Position numbers and translations under genes: made by a program
Source: an uncultured candidatus Porisulfidus sp.
GTDB lineage: Bacteria > Pseudomonadota > Gammaproteobacteria > Poriferisulfidales > Oxydemutatoraceae
Assembly: GCA_965215125.1 (NCBI GenBank)
Contig: OZ244052.1
Location: 1,184,001 to 1,248,000, forward strand
DNA length: 64,000 bases
Direction: 5' to 3'
Notes under the pieces: generated by a model
The model's input: only the letters and a program-made list of their open reading frames with translations
Databases searched by the model: none
What the model was told of the DNA's origin: nothing
In this document: piece after piece, positions 1 through 10,803 of the stretch
How positions within the stretch are numbered: position 1 is the first letter of the stretch
Layout: each line of letters begins with the position of its first letter

Positions 1-279
<279 letters not shown>

Positions 280-284
280 CCGCA

Positions 285-617
285 ATGAAAAATATTGCAT
301 GGTTCACCTCGTTGGTAGCCTACCTGATGTTATTGAGTGTGCTGGTCGCTTGGAACGCATGGATCGATCCTCCCGAAAGAATACCACGGATGATACCGCT
401 ATTGGCATTAGGTCTTCCGTTACTTGCAGTATTACGAGGACTGTTGCACGGTCGTAGAAGAAGCTGTCAACTCGCCGCGTTATTGGCATTGGTTTATTTC
501 TCGCTCGGCTTAATAGATATTGCCGCCGGTGTCGTTTTATACGGGTGGTTACAGACTGTCGCTGCAACCGTATGGTTTGTTGCTTTGCTGGTCTACTTAA
601 AAGCCGGTTCAGGCTAA
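285..617 (+). CDS. DUF2069-like small membrane protein
   Basis: Four hydrophobic segments, PLLAVLRGLLHG motif, usual position after wrbA; start moved to ATG 285. Confidence 0.7.
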   Translation: MKNIAWFTSLVAYLMLLSVLVAWNAWIDPPERIPRMIPLLALGLPLLAVLRGLLHGRRRSCQLAALLALVYFSLGLIDIAAGVVLYGWLQTVAATVWFVALLVYLKAGSG

Positions 618-663
618 GCCGAACCGCCTCCGAGTGGTTTTCATCAACCGTATTGTTGCCTTT

Positions 664-2076
664 CTATAGGCTGTAATACATATCAAATTCAACCGGATGG
701 GTTGCTTGCCGTAGACGCGAGACTTCCTCCATTTTAAGCTCTATATAACCGTCTATCGCATCGTCGGTGAGTACATCACCCATCGTTAAAAAGCTTCTAT
801 CCGAGTTCAGCGCATCCAATGCTTCGTCCAAAGAGGCTGCGACTTTCGGTATGGCTTTTTCTTCTTCCGGCGACAATTCATATAGATCTTTGTTCATAGG
901 TTCACCCGGATGTATACGGTTTTGTATGCCGTCTAGACCTGCCATCAACATCGCAACGAAAGTTAAATACGGATTGCCTGCCGCGTCGGGGAAACGCACC
1001 TCTATCCGTCTTGCTTTGGGATTGATCACATACGGTATCCGGACAGCTGCCGAACGGTTGCGCGCAGAATAAGCAAGCATGACCGGTGCTTCAAACCCCG
1101 GCACCAATCGCTTGTAACTATTGGTGGATGCATTCGCAAAGGCATTGATTGCACGAGCATGCTTTAGAATACCACCTATATAGTACATAGCGGTTTCCGA
1201 TAGATTTGCGTACTGATCTCCGGCAAATATATTTTCACCATCTTTAGATAAAGTCTGATGCACATGCATGCCGGTGCCGTTGTCACCGACTATCGGCTTA
1301 GGCATAAAAGTTGCCGTTTTACCGTAGTTATTAGCAACATTCTGCACCACATATTTTTGAATTTGACTGATATCCCCTCGTTTCACTAAGGAGGCGTAAC
1401 GGGTTCCGATTTCACATTGACCGGCGGTACCGACCTCGTGGTGATGCACTTCGGTGACTACACCCATCTCGGAAAGTGCTTCGCACATGGCCGAGCGTAT
1501 ATCTTGCAGAGAATCAACCGGAGGCACCGGAAAATAGCCACCCTTGATGCCGGGGCGATGTCCGATATTTCCTCCTTCGTATTCTTTATTACTGCTCCAA
1601 ACCGCTTCGGAAGACTCAATGTCGTAACTGCATCCTTGATGGTCGCTGTACCAGCGAACGCTATCAAATACGAAAAACTCAAGCTCCGGCCCGAAATAAA
1701 CAACATCTGCGATGCCGGTTTCTTTGAGGTACTGTTCGGCACGTTTTGCAATAGAGCGTGGGTCTCTGTTATACGGCTGTTTGGTGTCGGGTTCCAATAT
1801 ATCGCAACGCAAACAAAGTGTGAGGTCGTTATAAAACGAGTCTATTTGTGCAGTCTCAAAATCCGGCATCAAAAGCATATCCGAATCGTTGATTTCTTTC
1901 CATCCGGCAATAGACGAACCGTCAAACATCTTGCCCCCCGCTAAATAGCCGTCTTCGCAAGCGATTTTGGCAGGCACGGTTACATGTTGTTCCTTGCCTC
2001 TAGTATCCGTGAAACGAAAATCTACATATTTGATATTTTCGTCTTTAATCATTTTTAGAACATTTTCTACCGACAT
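664..2076 (-). CDS. glnA: Glutamine synthetase type I
   Basis: [39 protein letters not shown] adenylylation site, C-terminal [10 protein letters not shown]. Confidence 0.98.
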   Translation of the reverse strand: MSVENVLKMIKDENIKYVDFRFTDTRGKEQHVTVPAKIACEDGYLAGGKMFDGSSIAGWKEINDSDMLLMPDFETAQIDSFYNDLTLCLRCDILEPDTKQPYNRDPRSIAKRAEQYLKETGIADVVYFGPELEFFVFDSVRWYSDHQGCSYDIESSEAVWSSNKEYEGGNIGHRPGIKGGYFPVPPVDSLQDIRSAMCEALSEMGVVTEVHHHEVGTAGQCEIGTRYASLVKRGDISQIQKYVVQNVANNYGKTATFMPKPIVGDNGTGMHVHQTLSKDGENIFAGDQYANLSETAMYYIGGILKHARAINAFANASTNSYKRLVPGFEAPVMLAYSARNRSAAVRIPYVINPKARRIEVRFPDAAGNPYLTFVAMLMAGLDGIQNRIHPGEPMNKDLYELSPEEEKAIPKVAASLDEALDALNSDRSFLTMGDVLTDDAIDGYIELKMEEVSRLRQATHPVEFDMYYSL

Positions 2077-2210
2077 TGTTAAAACTCCTGTAAATGTATG
2101 AACACTACGCTTCTACCCAAGGTTTAGGTCGAAGCCCACTCGTACTAAAAATAGTTTCCTTGTGCTAAAGAATACTTAGGGGCTATTGTAGCATAGTTTG
2201 ATCAAATAGC

Positions 2211-5066
2211 TTAAACAAAATCGGAACCGCCTTCGTACTTAGCTTTTGAACCTTCTTCCAGCATCGCCTGAAGGCCGGGTATATTCCTGAGCTTATAGCC
2301 GGTCAGGCCGGTATTCATACGCTGTAATTCTAAGTTGCCGGCATCCAGTGTAAAGGTGGTGCGCATTTTGCGCGATTCGGCAGTGTGATCACTATCGGGT
2401 TCGGGTATATGTCCGGTGGCATGCCCGACAGCCGCTAGATATTTAACTTCTGCATCCAGCTGTCCAGTGCGGTCTTTGCCGCTTTTGCAGTTGAATAAAG
2501 GAGTTTCACCCATTAAATGACTAGTTAACGCCAGCCGAGATACCATTTTATAGGGTTCGTTATTACCGCTCCAAAAAGAGCGATTTTTCCAAATTTGCTT
2601 TACTTGGGTTGCAGCTTCTCTCAGTAGCACTGCTCGTTTTTGGACTTTAGGATCGTCGCTTTGCTCCAGTTCTTGCAGTTTGTCTACCACGGCTCCGCCC
2701 AAGGCACCGTTATTTCGTGCACCTAGCAGTTCGCTTAATTGCGGGTCGTTCAAACCGGCAGAGAACCCCCAACCCATCAAACTACGCCAAATAGGAAAAT
2801 TGGCCGGCAAAACCGTTCTGGCAAGTGCGTAATTGTTAACACCGAAGTTAAAAGTGCGCACTTTAAGATTTACTTTGATCTCTTTGGGTTGTTGGTTATC
2901 GTCTTTAATTGTCAACCGAACAGGCTTGTCGGGAGACTGTCCGCTCGCTAGAGATCGTAAGCCTTGAATTTGATGTTTGAGCATACGCCGCTCATCTTTG
3001 GCAATACCTCCAATATGGCGTAGCCAGTCGGGTGTCACCAAAGCAACCGAGTTCATCGTAACATCGACAGTTTCTCCATCCAAAGCGGCCTGTAATTTAG
3101 CCGGTTCGGAAACTATTGCGGCACTCAACACCTCTCGTGCCATCTTCCGAGATGCCAAATTACGCATCTCGTTGATATAATGTGCCCGCCTTTTAGGATT
3201 GCTTTTAATTTTCTCGACTATTTCTCGTGCGTGTTCGTTTCTTAATTCTATTTGTTTTTCAAGGTGGCGCATATTTATGGATTTTTTGCTCACAACGACA
3301 GGTTCATCGACGGTATTATTTGAACGATCTCTGCGACGAGTGAATACGGTTATCGATTCACCGTCGTCTTCGGTTTCTTCCAATGCTTGAAGTTGCCGTT
3401 CCAGCGTAGCGGTATCCCTGCCGTACACCCTACTTTGCTCATCGTCGTAAATAGCTTTAGCCATTCCGGTAAGTTGTATATCGGAAAAATTACGAACGCT
3501 TTTATCGCTATAATCATAAGCATCGAGTATCCCGTGTCGCACGCCGGAGAATAGGGTTTCCCCGTCTTCGTCAACTAACCTTGTGTGTGCCATATTGGGT
3601 ACGTGATCGACTTGCAGGCGATCCGCATAGCTAATGCCGTTGCTTTTATATGGTTTTTCAAATCGCTTTGCCAGATGTGTGCCGGGAGTAATCGTGCTAC
3701 GGCAAGAGTGTTTTTTGCCGTTGATATTAAACTGTAAGGGTCTATCAATAACCGGCCATTTGCCTTGATTGATTTCGGTTATCAGAGCCTGTTCGTAGGC
3801 CGCTTCAAACTTAGGCAGTTGTGCTATATCTACACCTTCTTTTTTTAATTGGAATGTTATAAAAAGTCGCGTCATGTCTCGCTGTGATAAGTTTGGATGA
3901 CTCAAAGCCAAGACCGGCGGGGTTTTGTTCCAATTGCCAACCAACTGTTCAGCAGCTTGTTGCGGCAATGCAATTTGTTCTTTGTTTTTAATCAAATCGA
4001 AGTTCTCCGTCCACGCGTCGGGGGATTCAAGTTCAAGTTTAGGGTTGTTTGCATCCATCTTGACTTTCCCTCTAGCAAGTTTGGCAGCATACTCCAGTTC
4101 TGCACAATGTTTTTCTAAAGACCAGCGGGTTCTTTTCATTTTTATAAAGGTCTCCCGATGAATGCCTTTTTGCGAACGCATCATGGTGTTGAATGCTCTG
4201 AGACCCGCTCGTGCGGTTAGAAGATTATATTCTATACGGTCGCGACGGCTTAACGGTTCTCTAGCCGGCAATCTATCTTCGTAAAGAGAAATCGTATCGG
4301 CCAGATTCATATGCTGCTTTGCGAGGCGGTTCGATAATGCCGTAAGTAACGTTGCAGTCGGTTCATTCATTTTACCGGCACTCACCTCGAGTGCCATAGT
4401 TGCGGATAGCCAGCCTTGTGCAAACGACAAGTTATACTTATTACAATGCATCAAAGCCTTCATCTCTATACTCTCTCGCTTGGATAACCCTTGATTCTGC
4501 AATTTTTGACCGAGAATCTCTAGACGTTGCATATCTGCGTTGAGCCTTTCGCCGTAATTCATCATCGCAAGCAGTGGCTCTTTGAGGTCGGTTGCAATCC
4601 CGTGTGTTTTGCCGGTTTCTTCATAGACATTGGTAAAATTTTCAATATATTGGTGCAACCTTTCACAATCCGCATCTTCCAAATGTTTTACGGTTTCTTC
4701 GCTGATTCCCGTAGCTTGATGATAATCGGTGCTACTTATTTGCCAAGGTTCGTTTCCGCTTGTGCTGCTAGTAGTCGCATTGTCTGTCGGGAATTTGTCC
4801 TCTAAGAATTCTGCGGTGGAATGAAAGCTGTCGGTCTCACTCCGCTCATCCGATGTTATGAACGACGCATTGTCACTCCCGTACAAAACCGAACGATCAC
4901 GAATACTTTTATTTTCATCGTACTCCGAATATGATTTTATTTTGGCGATAGACTCTTGTTGATCGGCGAGGCGAACTTGTTTTCCTGCAAAACTGGCCGG
5001 TGTGTCATCAGATGACACTGCCTTTTTTCCCAACGGCAAGGTTGGTGTTATTGATTTTATCGGCAT
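2211..5066 (-). CDS. SopB/IpgD-family inositol phosphate phosphatase, effector-like, 951 aa
   Basis: CX5R motif NCKSGKDRTG, LFSGVRHGIL, EPYKMVSRLA and GNLELQRMNTG parallel SopB/IpgD; strong AAGGAGG SD. Confidence 0.85.
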   Translation of the reverse strand: MPIKSITPTLPLGKKAVSSDDTPASFAGKQVRLADQQESIAKIKSYSEYDENKSIRDRSVLYGSDNASFITSDERSETDSFHSTAEFLEDKFPTDNATTSSTSGNEPWQISSTDYHQATGISEETVKHLEDADCERLHQYIENFTNVYEETGKTHGIATDLKEPLLAMMNYGERLNADMQRLEILGQKLQNQGLSKRESIEMKALMHCNKYNLSFAQGWLSATMALEVSAGKMNEPTATLLTALSNRLAKQHMNLADTISLYEDRLPAREPLSRRDRIEYNLLTARAGLRAFNTMMRSQKGIHRETFIKMKRTRWSLEKHCAELEYAAKLARGKVKMDANNPKLELESPDAWTENFDLIKNKEQIALPQQAAEQLVGNWNKTPPVLALSHPNLSQRDMTRLFITFQLKKEGVDIAQLPKFEAAYEQALITEINQGKWPVIDRPLQFNINGKKHSCRSTITPGTHLAKRFEKPYKSNGISYADRLQVDHVPNMAHTRLVDEDGETLFSGVRHGILDAYDYSDKSVRNFSDIQLTGMAKAIYDDEQSRVYGRDTATLERQLQALEETEDDGESITVFTRRRDRSNNTVDEPVVVSKKSINMRHLEKQIELRNEHAREIVEKIKSNPKRRAHYINEMRNLASRKMAREVLSAAIVSEPAKLQAALDGETVDVTMNSVALVTPDWLRHIGGIAKDERRMLKHQIQGLRSLASGQSPDKPVRLTIKDDNQQPKEIKVNLKVRTFNFGVNNYALARTVLPANFPIWRSLMGWGFSAGLNDPQLSELLGARNNGALGGAVVDKLQELEQSDDPKVQKRAVLLREAATQVKQIWKNRSFWSGNNEPYKMVSRLALTSHLMGETPLFNCKSGKDRTGQLDAEVKYLAAVGHATGHIPEPDSDHTAESRKMRTTFTLDAGNLELQRMNTGLTGYKLRNIPGLQAMLEEGSKAKYEGGSDFV

Positions 5067-5429
5067 ATTCCCCTCCTTATTCGATTTACGGTATTTTTAG
5101 AACCTTTGTTGATATCATTGTTTGCGTGTCTACAATACCCAATTATAGATTTTCAGTATAAAGTAACACTTTTTTATAATCAATGTTTTATCTTATTTTC
5201 CTAAACACTATAGTATAAACAACCCATCGGACGAGGATGTGAAATTGAGGCTATCAAATCATAAAGCATTGTTATGCTTATACATTACGGCGTTTCTTCA
5301 AGAGGATGAAAAGTGTTTTCGGCTAAAATATGCGAGGTTATCTAAAATTTTATAAGTGTCTTTGCAAGCGAAATCATTCATGATGGTGAACGGTACCAAA
5401 GACAATACATAAATATAGGCAAATTTACT

Positions 5430-6512
5430 ATGGCAAACCTCCAACCAAAGCGCAAGAAATATCTTTTGTTTTCCATGTCTAGGAGTGAAACAGGTGTGGA
5501 TAACGCATTTGCAATGTTGAATCTTATTTTTAGGGAATCGCAATATTTAAATAGAATTCCGGCCATCGGCAAATTTGCCATGAACCCGACACATAACTTG
5601 GGTGATAATCGGTTTGAATGGTGCTTTGAAGATTACCTTGACTTGTCCAATGGTGCGCTCCACCGATTGGAAAAAGAGAGTCATAAACCCATCGCCTTTA
5701 GTTTGGATTGGGTTAAAGAACAAGAACTGGATTTAGCTCATTATGCATTCGATAAAGTATATAACCTTGCTGCCGATGAAATCGTTAGCGAAGAGATGAA
5801 TCAACGCTACGATGTGCTGATTCGTAGAGACCCGTCATTTAATTATGTTAGTGCTTGTAAAAAATATGAATATGACGACGGCCTTATAGACTTTCCGTAT
5901 TCGAAGGAAATAAATAGACTCGTTGACGAGACATTGGATGCTTTAGGCATGTCTCGTAAAGTTGCAATGGCGGCGCAACATTATTTTCTAAATAAAGTGA
6001 ACGACAGTGCATGGAATCAGCACGACAGTATCCCTCTAGATAAAGTATATTATGCGTGTATGCATGTGCGTATGTCCGACCGAGAGTCTCAGTGGCCTGT
6101 ATTTGAGTTTAGTTCATCAAAAGGACACATAAAATCGGTGCTGGAATATTCAATTAGAAAAGGCTCGCGGCTTTATATTATGTCCGACATACATCAACCC
6201 GAATTTTTTGATTTTCTAAAGTCCGACTATCGGGTATATCGCTACCACGATTTTCCTAATTTGAAACGGCTGGTCTCGGGTAAGGATGGCGGCAAAATAG
6301 ATAATGTGATGCTCTATTTGGTTGAAAAAAACATTATGAAGCATGCCACGGTTAAGATTTTACCGCCGCATAAAGGACCGATGATTTATCATTTTAATAC
6401 GGTCTACAATCTTGCAATCTTAAAAAAAACCCTAATTCTACGGAGAGGGGCATTGAAGCGAGCGGTTTATAGTTTTATTAGGCGGTTGCTTAGCCATATC
6501 CTTACCGGATGA
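5430..6512 (+). CDS. O-fucosyltransferase-like (GT-B) protein, domain copy 1
   Basis: YYACMHVRxxD, LYIMSD and LVEKNIMKHA resemble motifs I-III of the POFUT/NodZ/FUT superfamily. Confidence 0.6.
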   Translation: MANLQPKRKKYLLFSMSRSETGVDNAFAMLNLIFRESQYLNRIPAIGKFAMNPTHNLGDNRFEWCFEDYLDLSNGALHRLEKESHKPIAFSLDWVKEQELDLAHYAFDKVYNLAADEIVSEEMNQRYDVLIRRDPSFNYVSACKKYEYDDGLIDFPYSKEINRLVDETLDALGMSRKVAMAAQHYFLNKVNDSAWNQHDSIPLDKVYYACMHVRMSDRESQWPVFEFSSSKGHIKSVLEYSIRKGSRLYIMSDIHQPEFFDFLKSDYRVYRYHDFPNLKRLVSGKDGGKIDNVMLYLVEKNIMKHATVKILPPHKGPMIYHFNTVYNLAILKKTLILRRGALKRAVYSFIRRLLSHILTG

Positions 6513-6528
6513 AAGTTTGCTACGGAAT

Positions 6529-7701
6529 ATGACAGATAAATATCTCCTGTTTTCGATGACTCAACTTGCAACGGGGATAGATACCGTATTTAGAATGTTG
6601 AATCTTATTTTCAAAGAAGCTCAACACCTAAATAGAATTCCCGCCATTGGGGAATTTACTATGAGCCCGAACCATAACCTGGATGAGCCTCGATTTGACT
6701 TGTGCTTTGAGGATTACCTTGACTTGTCGAACAGCAAGACTTGTCGGTTTGAAAAGGGCTACCATAAACCTATTATGTCTCACTTGAGTTGGGTTAAGGA
6801 GGAGGATTTAGCCTTGGATTCTTATTTTTTTGATAAGGTATATTTTCTTTCCGACGAAGAGATCGTTAGCGAGGAAATAAACCTACGCTACGATGTGTTG
6901 ATTCGCAGAGACCCGACATTTAGGTATGCCGGCACTTGCAAAAAGTATAGATACGGCAAGTACTTGATAGACTTTAGGTATTCGGAGCAGCTAAACAAAT
7001 TGACCGATGAGGTATTAGATGCTTTGGGAACATCCCGAGCGTATGCAATGACGGCGCAACACTATTTTTTAAGTCGGTTTAACAGCGCGAATTGGTGTGA
7101 TAGCATAATTACAGATGTGTTCAAACCGGACACAAATTATTATGCGTGTATGCATGTGCGTATGTCCGACCGAGAGTCTCAGTGGCCTGTATTTGAGTTT
7201 AGTTCATCAAAAGGACACATAAAATCGGTGTTGGAACATTCAATTAGAAAAGGCTCGCGGCTCTATATTATGTCCGACATACATCAACCCGAATTTTTTG
7301 ATTTTCTAAAATCCGACTATCGGGTATATCGCTACCATGATTTTCCTAATTTGAAACGGCTGGTCTCGGGTGAGAACGGCACCAAAATAGATAATGTCAT
7401 GCTCTATTTGGTTGAAAAAAACATTATGAAACACGCCATGGTTAAGATTTTACCACCGCATAAAGGGCCGATGATTTATCATCTTAATACAGTCTACGAT
7501 ATCACTATCTTAAAGAAACCTCCGGTCAGATTACGGATACGAACCTTGAGGCGAATGGTCCATGATTTCATTTTCTTAAAAGAACCACTAAGCAAGAAAC
7601 TACGGCTTAGAAAATTCCAAAGACTTATGGCAAGTTGCATGAAAAAATTAAAGCTTAATCAACTGCTGGGTAGCATTGTTATCGGATATAAGGTTACTTA
7701 G
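6529..7701 (+). CDS. O-fucosyltransferase-like protein, domain copy 2, with basic amphipathic tail
   Basis: Paralog of copy 1 with near-identical C-terminal half; ATG 6529 (alternative TTG 6517). Confidence 0.6.
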   Translation: MTDKYLLFSMTQLATGIDTVFRMLNLIFKEAQHLNRIPAIGEFTMSPNHNLDEPRFDLCFEDYLDLSNSKTCRFEKGYHKPIMSHLSWVKEEDLALDSYFFDKVYFLSDEEIVSEEINLRYDVLIRRDPTFRYAGTCKKYRYGKYLIDFRYSEQLNKLTDEVLDALGTSRAYAMTAQHYFLSRFNSANWCDSIITDVFKPDTNYYACMHVRMSDRESQWPVFEFSSSKGHIKSVLEHSIRKGSRLYIMSDIHQPEFFDFLKSDYRVYRYHDFPNLKRLVSGENGTKIDNVMLYLVEKNIMKHAMVKILPPHKGPMIYHLNTVYDITILKKPPVRLRIRTLRRMVHDFIFLKEPLSKKLRLRKFQRLMASCMKKLKLNQLLGSIVIGYKVT

Positions 7702-7705
7702 GAAC

Positions 7706-9874
7706 ATGACAAAAAAGTATCTCTTATTTTCGATGACCAAGCGTAAAACAGGTGTCGATAACGTGTTCAGGATGTTGAACCTTATCTTTAAGGAAGCCCG
7801 ACACCTAGATAGAATTCCCGTCATCGGAGAATTTACTATGAGCCCGACCCATAACTTAGGCGATAGCAGAGCCGACTTGCGTTTTGAAGATTACCTTGAT
7901 TTGTCAAACGGTATCACCGTTGAGCGTAAACAAGGATGTCATAGACCGACTGCATTTCGTCTAGATTGGATCAGAGAAGAAGAACTGGATTTAACTAATT
8001 ATTCGTCCGGCAAAGTATATAAACTTGCCGACGATGAAATCGTCGGCGAAGAAATGAACCGATGCTACGATGTGTTGATTCGCAGGGACCCGACATTTAA
8101 GTATGTTAGTGCTTATAAAGAATATAGATACGGCAACTACTTAATAGACTTTCCGTATTCGGAGAAAGTAAATAAACTTAGCGACGAGGTACTAGGTGCT
8201 TTGGGTATATCTCGCCAAGATACGATGGCAGCACAACATTATTTTCTAAATAAAGTAAATAGTAGCGAGTGGAATGCGCAGCATGACTGCATCCCTCTGG
8301 ATAAAGTTTATTACGCGTGTATGCATGTGCGTGCATCGATTCAAGACAGAGATCATGAACAACCCATATTCCCGTGTACGGCGGCTAAGGAGCAAATAGA
8401 ATCGGTGCTTAGATATGCCATCAGAAAAAAGTCACAGCTTTATATCATGTCCGATATACATCAACCCGACTTTTTTGATTTTCTAAAATCCGACTATCGG
8501 GTATATCGTTATTATGACTTTCCTAATTTAAGACGGCTGGTTTCGGGTGAGGGCGGCGAAAAAACAGATAATGTGATGCTCTATTTGGTTGAAAAAAATA
8601 TTATGAAGTATGCTACGGTTAAGATTTTACCGCCGCATAAAGGCCCAATGATTTATAACCTCAATACGGTTTATGATCTAACTCTCTTAAAGAAGCCATC
8701 GTCCAAGAGACTAATCTATAAAAAACTGCTAAAGAAACCGTTACCCACGAAACTATTTTTTGCGAAAACCCGAAAATCCCGGGTTACTACACGGGAAAAA
8801 TTAAATCCTAATTCGCTACCAATGTTTTTATTAAAAAATTTACTACCGAAGAAATACCTCTTGTTTTCGATGGCCGAGCGTAAAACGGGTGTCGACAACG
8901 TGTTTAGAATGTTGAACTTTATCTTTAAGGAAGCCCGACACCTAAATAGAATTCCTGTCATCGGAGAATTTACTATGAGCCCGACCCATAACTTAAGTAA
9001 TCTCAGAGCCGACTTGCGTTTTGAAGATTACCTTGATTTATCAAACAGCATCACCGTTAAATTTGAGCAAGGATGCCATAAATCTAGTACATTTTATCAA
9101 GGCTGGATTAAAGAAAAGGAACTGAATTTGGCTAACTATGCGCCCGACAAAATATATGACCTTGCCGACAATGAAATCGTCGGTGAAGAGATGAATCGAC
9201 GCTACGGTGTATTAATTCGTAGAGATCCGACATTTGATTATGTTAACACTTGCCAAAAATATAAACATAGCGACTACTTTATAGACTTTCCGTATTCGGA
9301 GAAAGTGAATAGACTCGTAGACGGGACGCTTAATATCCTAGGTATATCTCGTGAGGAGGCAATGACGGCACAACATTATTTTATAAATAGCACATACGAC
9401 GAGGTAAGCGACGAGCAGCACGTTGGCATTTCTTTAGATAAAGTTTATTATGCGTGTATGCATGTGCGTGCATCGATTAAAGATAGAGATTACGAGCAAC
9501 CGATATTTCCGTTTGCAGCATCAAAAGAGCAAATTAAATCGGTGTTGGAACATTCAATTAGCAAAGGTTCGCGAATCTATATCATGTCCGATATACATAG
9601 GCCTAAGTTTTTTGATTTTCTAAAATCCGACTACCGGATATACCGCTATTATGACTTTCCCGATTTAAGAAAACTTGTTTCGGGTGAGGGTGGCGGAAAA
9701 ATAGATAATGTGATGCTCTATTTGGTTGAAAAAAACATCATGAAGTATGCTACGGTTAAGATTTTACCGCCCCATAAAGGGCCGATGGTTTATCATCTCA
9801 ATACGGCCTACGACCTCTTGTTCTTAAAAGAGCCGCCGACAACGAGGGAAAGACAGGTTCCCGAATCGTTATAG
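7706..9874 (+). CDS. Two-domain O-fucosyltransferase-like protein (copies 3 and 4 fused)
   Basis: Two full repeats of KYLLFSM...YYACMHVR...KILPPHKGPM joined by a Lys-rich linker. Confidence 0.6.
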   Translation: MTKKYLLFSMTKRKTGVDNVFRMLNLIFKEARHLDRIPVIGEFTMSPTHNLGDSRADLRFEDYLDLSNGITVERKQGCHRPTAFRLDWIREEELDLTNYSSGKVYKLADDEIVGEEMNRCYDVLIRRDPTFKYVSAYKEYRYGNYLIDFPYSEKVNKLSDEVLGALGISRQDTMAAQHYFLNKVNSSEWNAQHDCIPLDKVYYACMHVRASIQDRDHEQPIFPCTAAKEQIESVLRYAIRKKSQLYIMSDIHQPDFFDFLKSDYRVYRYYDFPNLRRLVSGEGGEKTDNVMLYLVEKNIMKYATVKILPPHKGPMIYNLNTVYDLTLLKKPSSKRLIYKKLLKKPLPTKLFFAKTRKSRVTTREKLNPNSLPMFLLKNLLPKKYLLFSMAERKTGVDNVFRMLNFIFKEARHLNRIPVIGEFTMSPTHNLSNLRADLRFEDYLDLSNSITVKFEQGCHKSSTFYQGWIKEKELNLANYAPDKIYDLADNEIVGEEMNRRYGVLIRRDPTFDYVNTCQKYKHSDYFIDFPYSEKVNRLVDGTLNILGISREEAMTAQHYFINSTYDEVSDEQHVGISLDKVYYACMHVRASIKDRDYEQPIFPFAASKEQIKSVLEHSISKGSRIYIMSDIHRPKFFDFLKSDYRIYRYYDFPDLRKLVSGEGGGKIDNVMLYLVEKNIMKYATVKILPPHKGPMVYHLNTAYDLLFLKEPPTTRERQVPESL

Positions 9875-9906
9875 ATAGTGCTCTTTTTGGATATAGAATA
9901 ATTGTT

Positions 9907-10794
9907 ATGTTGAAAGCAAACCTAAATTTCTCGGTTATTAAGTGCGTCTTGACGGTGGCTATTGCCTCGTTATTTGCTCTCTCCGAGGTGGGTGCCGATA
10001 TTGGTGAAGATCCTGCGTATCGTGAAGCGATAGAAAAATTTAACGATAGCGATTGGGAGGGGGCGCACCGTTTGTTCAAACGACTACAAGAAAATTATCC
10101 CGATGAACCGGCGATATTGAATAATCTTGCGGTTATTGCGGTTCACCAAAATCAACCCGCACTCGCAATCAAACTTCTAGAACATGCAATGTTAAGCCAC
10201 CCCACGCTTTCTATCAGCTATAAAAACTTACAATCTCTATATAATTATCAGGCCGCACAAGAATACAAGAAAGCACTATCTTTAGATTCATTAAAATTAA
10301 CCACGCCTAATCTACGACCCATCGGCATCCCGGAGTCAATTGATGACAGTGCCGTCAAAGAAGTGAGCGCAGCCGAACTGGTGCTGGCGGAAAAAACCAT
10401 AGAAAAACCTTTGGTCGAGGAAGCGCGCCCGGAACCTGACGATACCGATGAAGATCAAATCACAGCGAGCCTAAAACAATGGGCGGATGCATGGAGCCGC
10501 CAAGACTTAAACGCTTACTTTGACAGCTATATCAAAGATTATCGTCCGCGCTCGGGAACCGCACATCTGCGTTGGCGTAAACTGCGAGAGACGCGTATCG
10601 TCAATCCTCAATTCATCAATATTCGGATATCTAACCTTTCCGTTAAAAAACAAGACGATAACAATGCCACGCTCACATTCAAGCAGCATTATCAATCTAA
10701 TTTGTTGAAAAGTTCGGTCATTAAACAATTGGAGTTCTATAAAACCGAAGCCGGCTGGAAGATTAAATCCGAACGAGTCGTCAACCCGTCGTAG
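9907..10794 (+). CDS. Exported TPR protein with C-terminal NTF2-like (Csd6-type) domain
   Basis: Signal peptide, TPR-like PAILNNLAVI, C-terminal WADAWSRQDLNAYF...WKIKSE. Confidence 0.75.
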   Translation: MLKANLNFSVIKCVLTVAIASLFALSEVGADIGEDPAYREAIEKFNDSDWEGAHRLFKRLQENYPDEPAILNNLAVIAVHQNQPALAIKLLEHAMLSHPTLSISYKNLQSLYNYQAAQEYKKALSLDSLKLTTPNLRPIGIPESIDDSAVKEVSAAELVLAEKTIEKPLVEEARPEPDDTDEDQITASLKQWADAWSRQDLNAYFDSYIKDYRPRSGTAHLRWRKLRETRIVNPQFINIRISNLSVKKQDDNNATLTFKQHYQSNLLKSSVIKQLEFYKTEAGWKIKSERVVNPS

Positions 10795-10803
10795 TATCTA
10801 AAA

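Noticed and set aside
6421-6530. A8 run as a phase-variable frameshift joining O-FucT copies 1 and 2
   Set aside because: The current frame aligns with the copy 2 tail, and deleting one A gives an immediate stop
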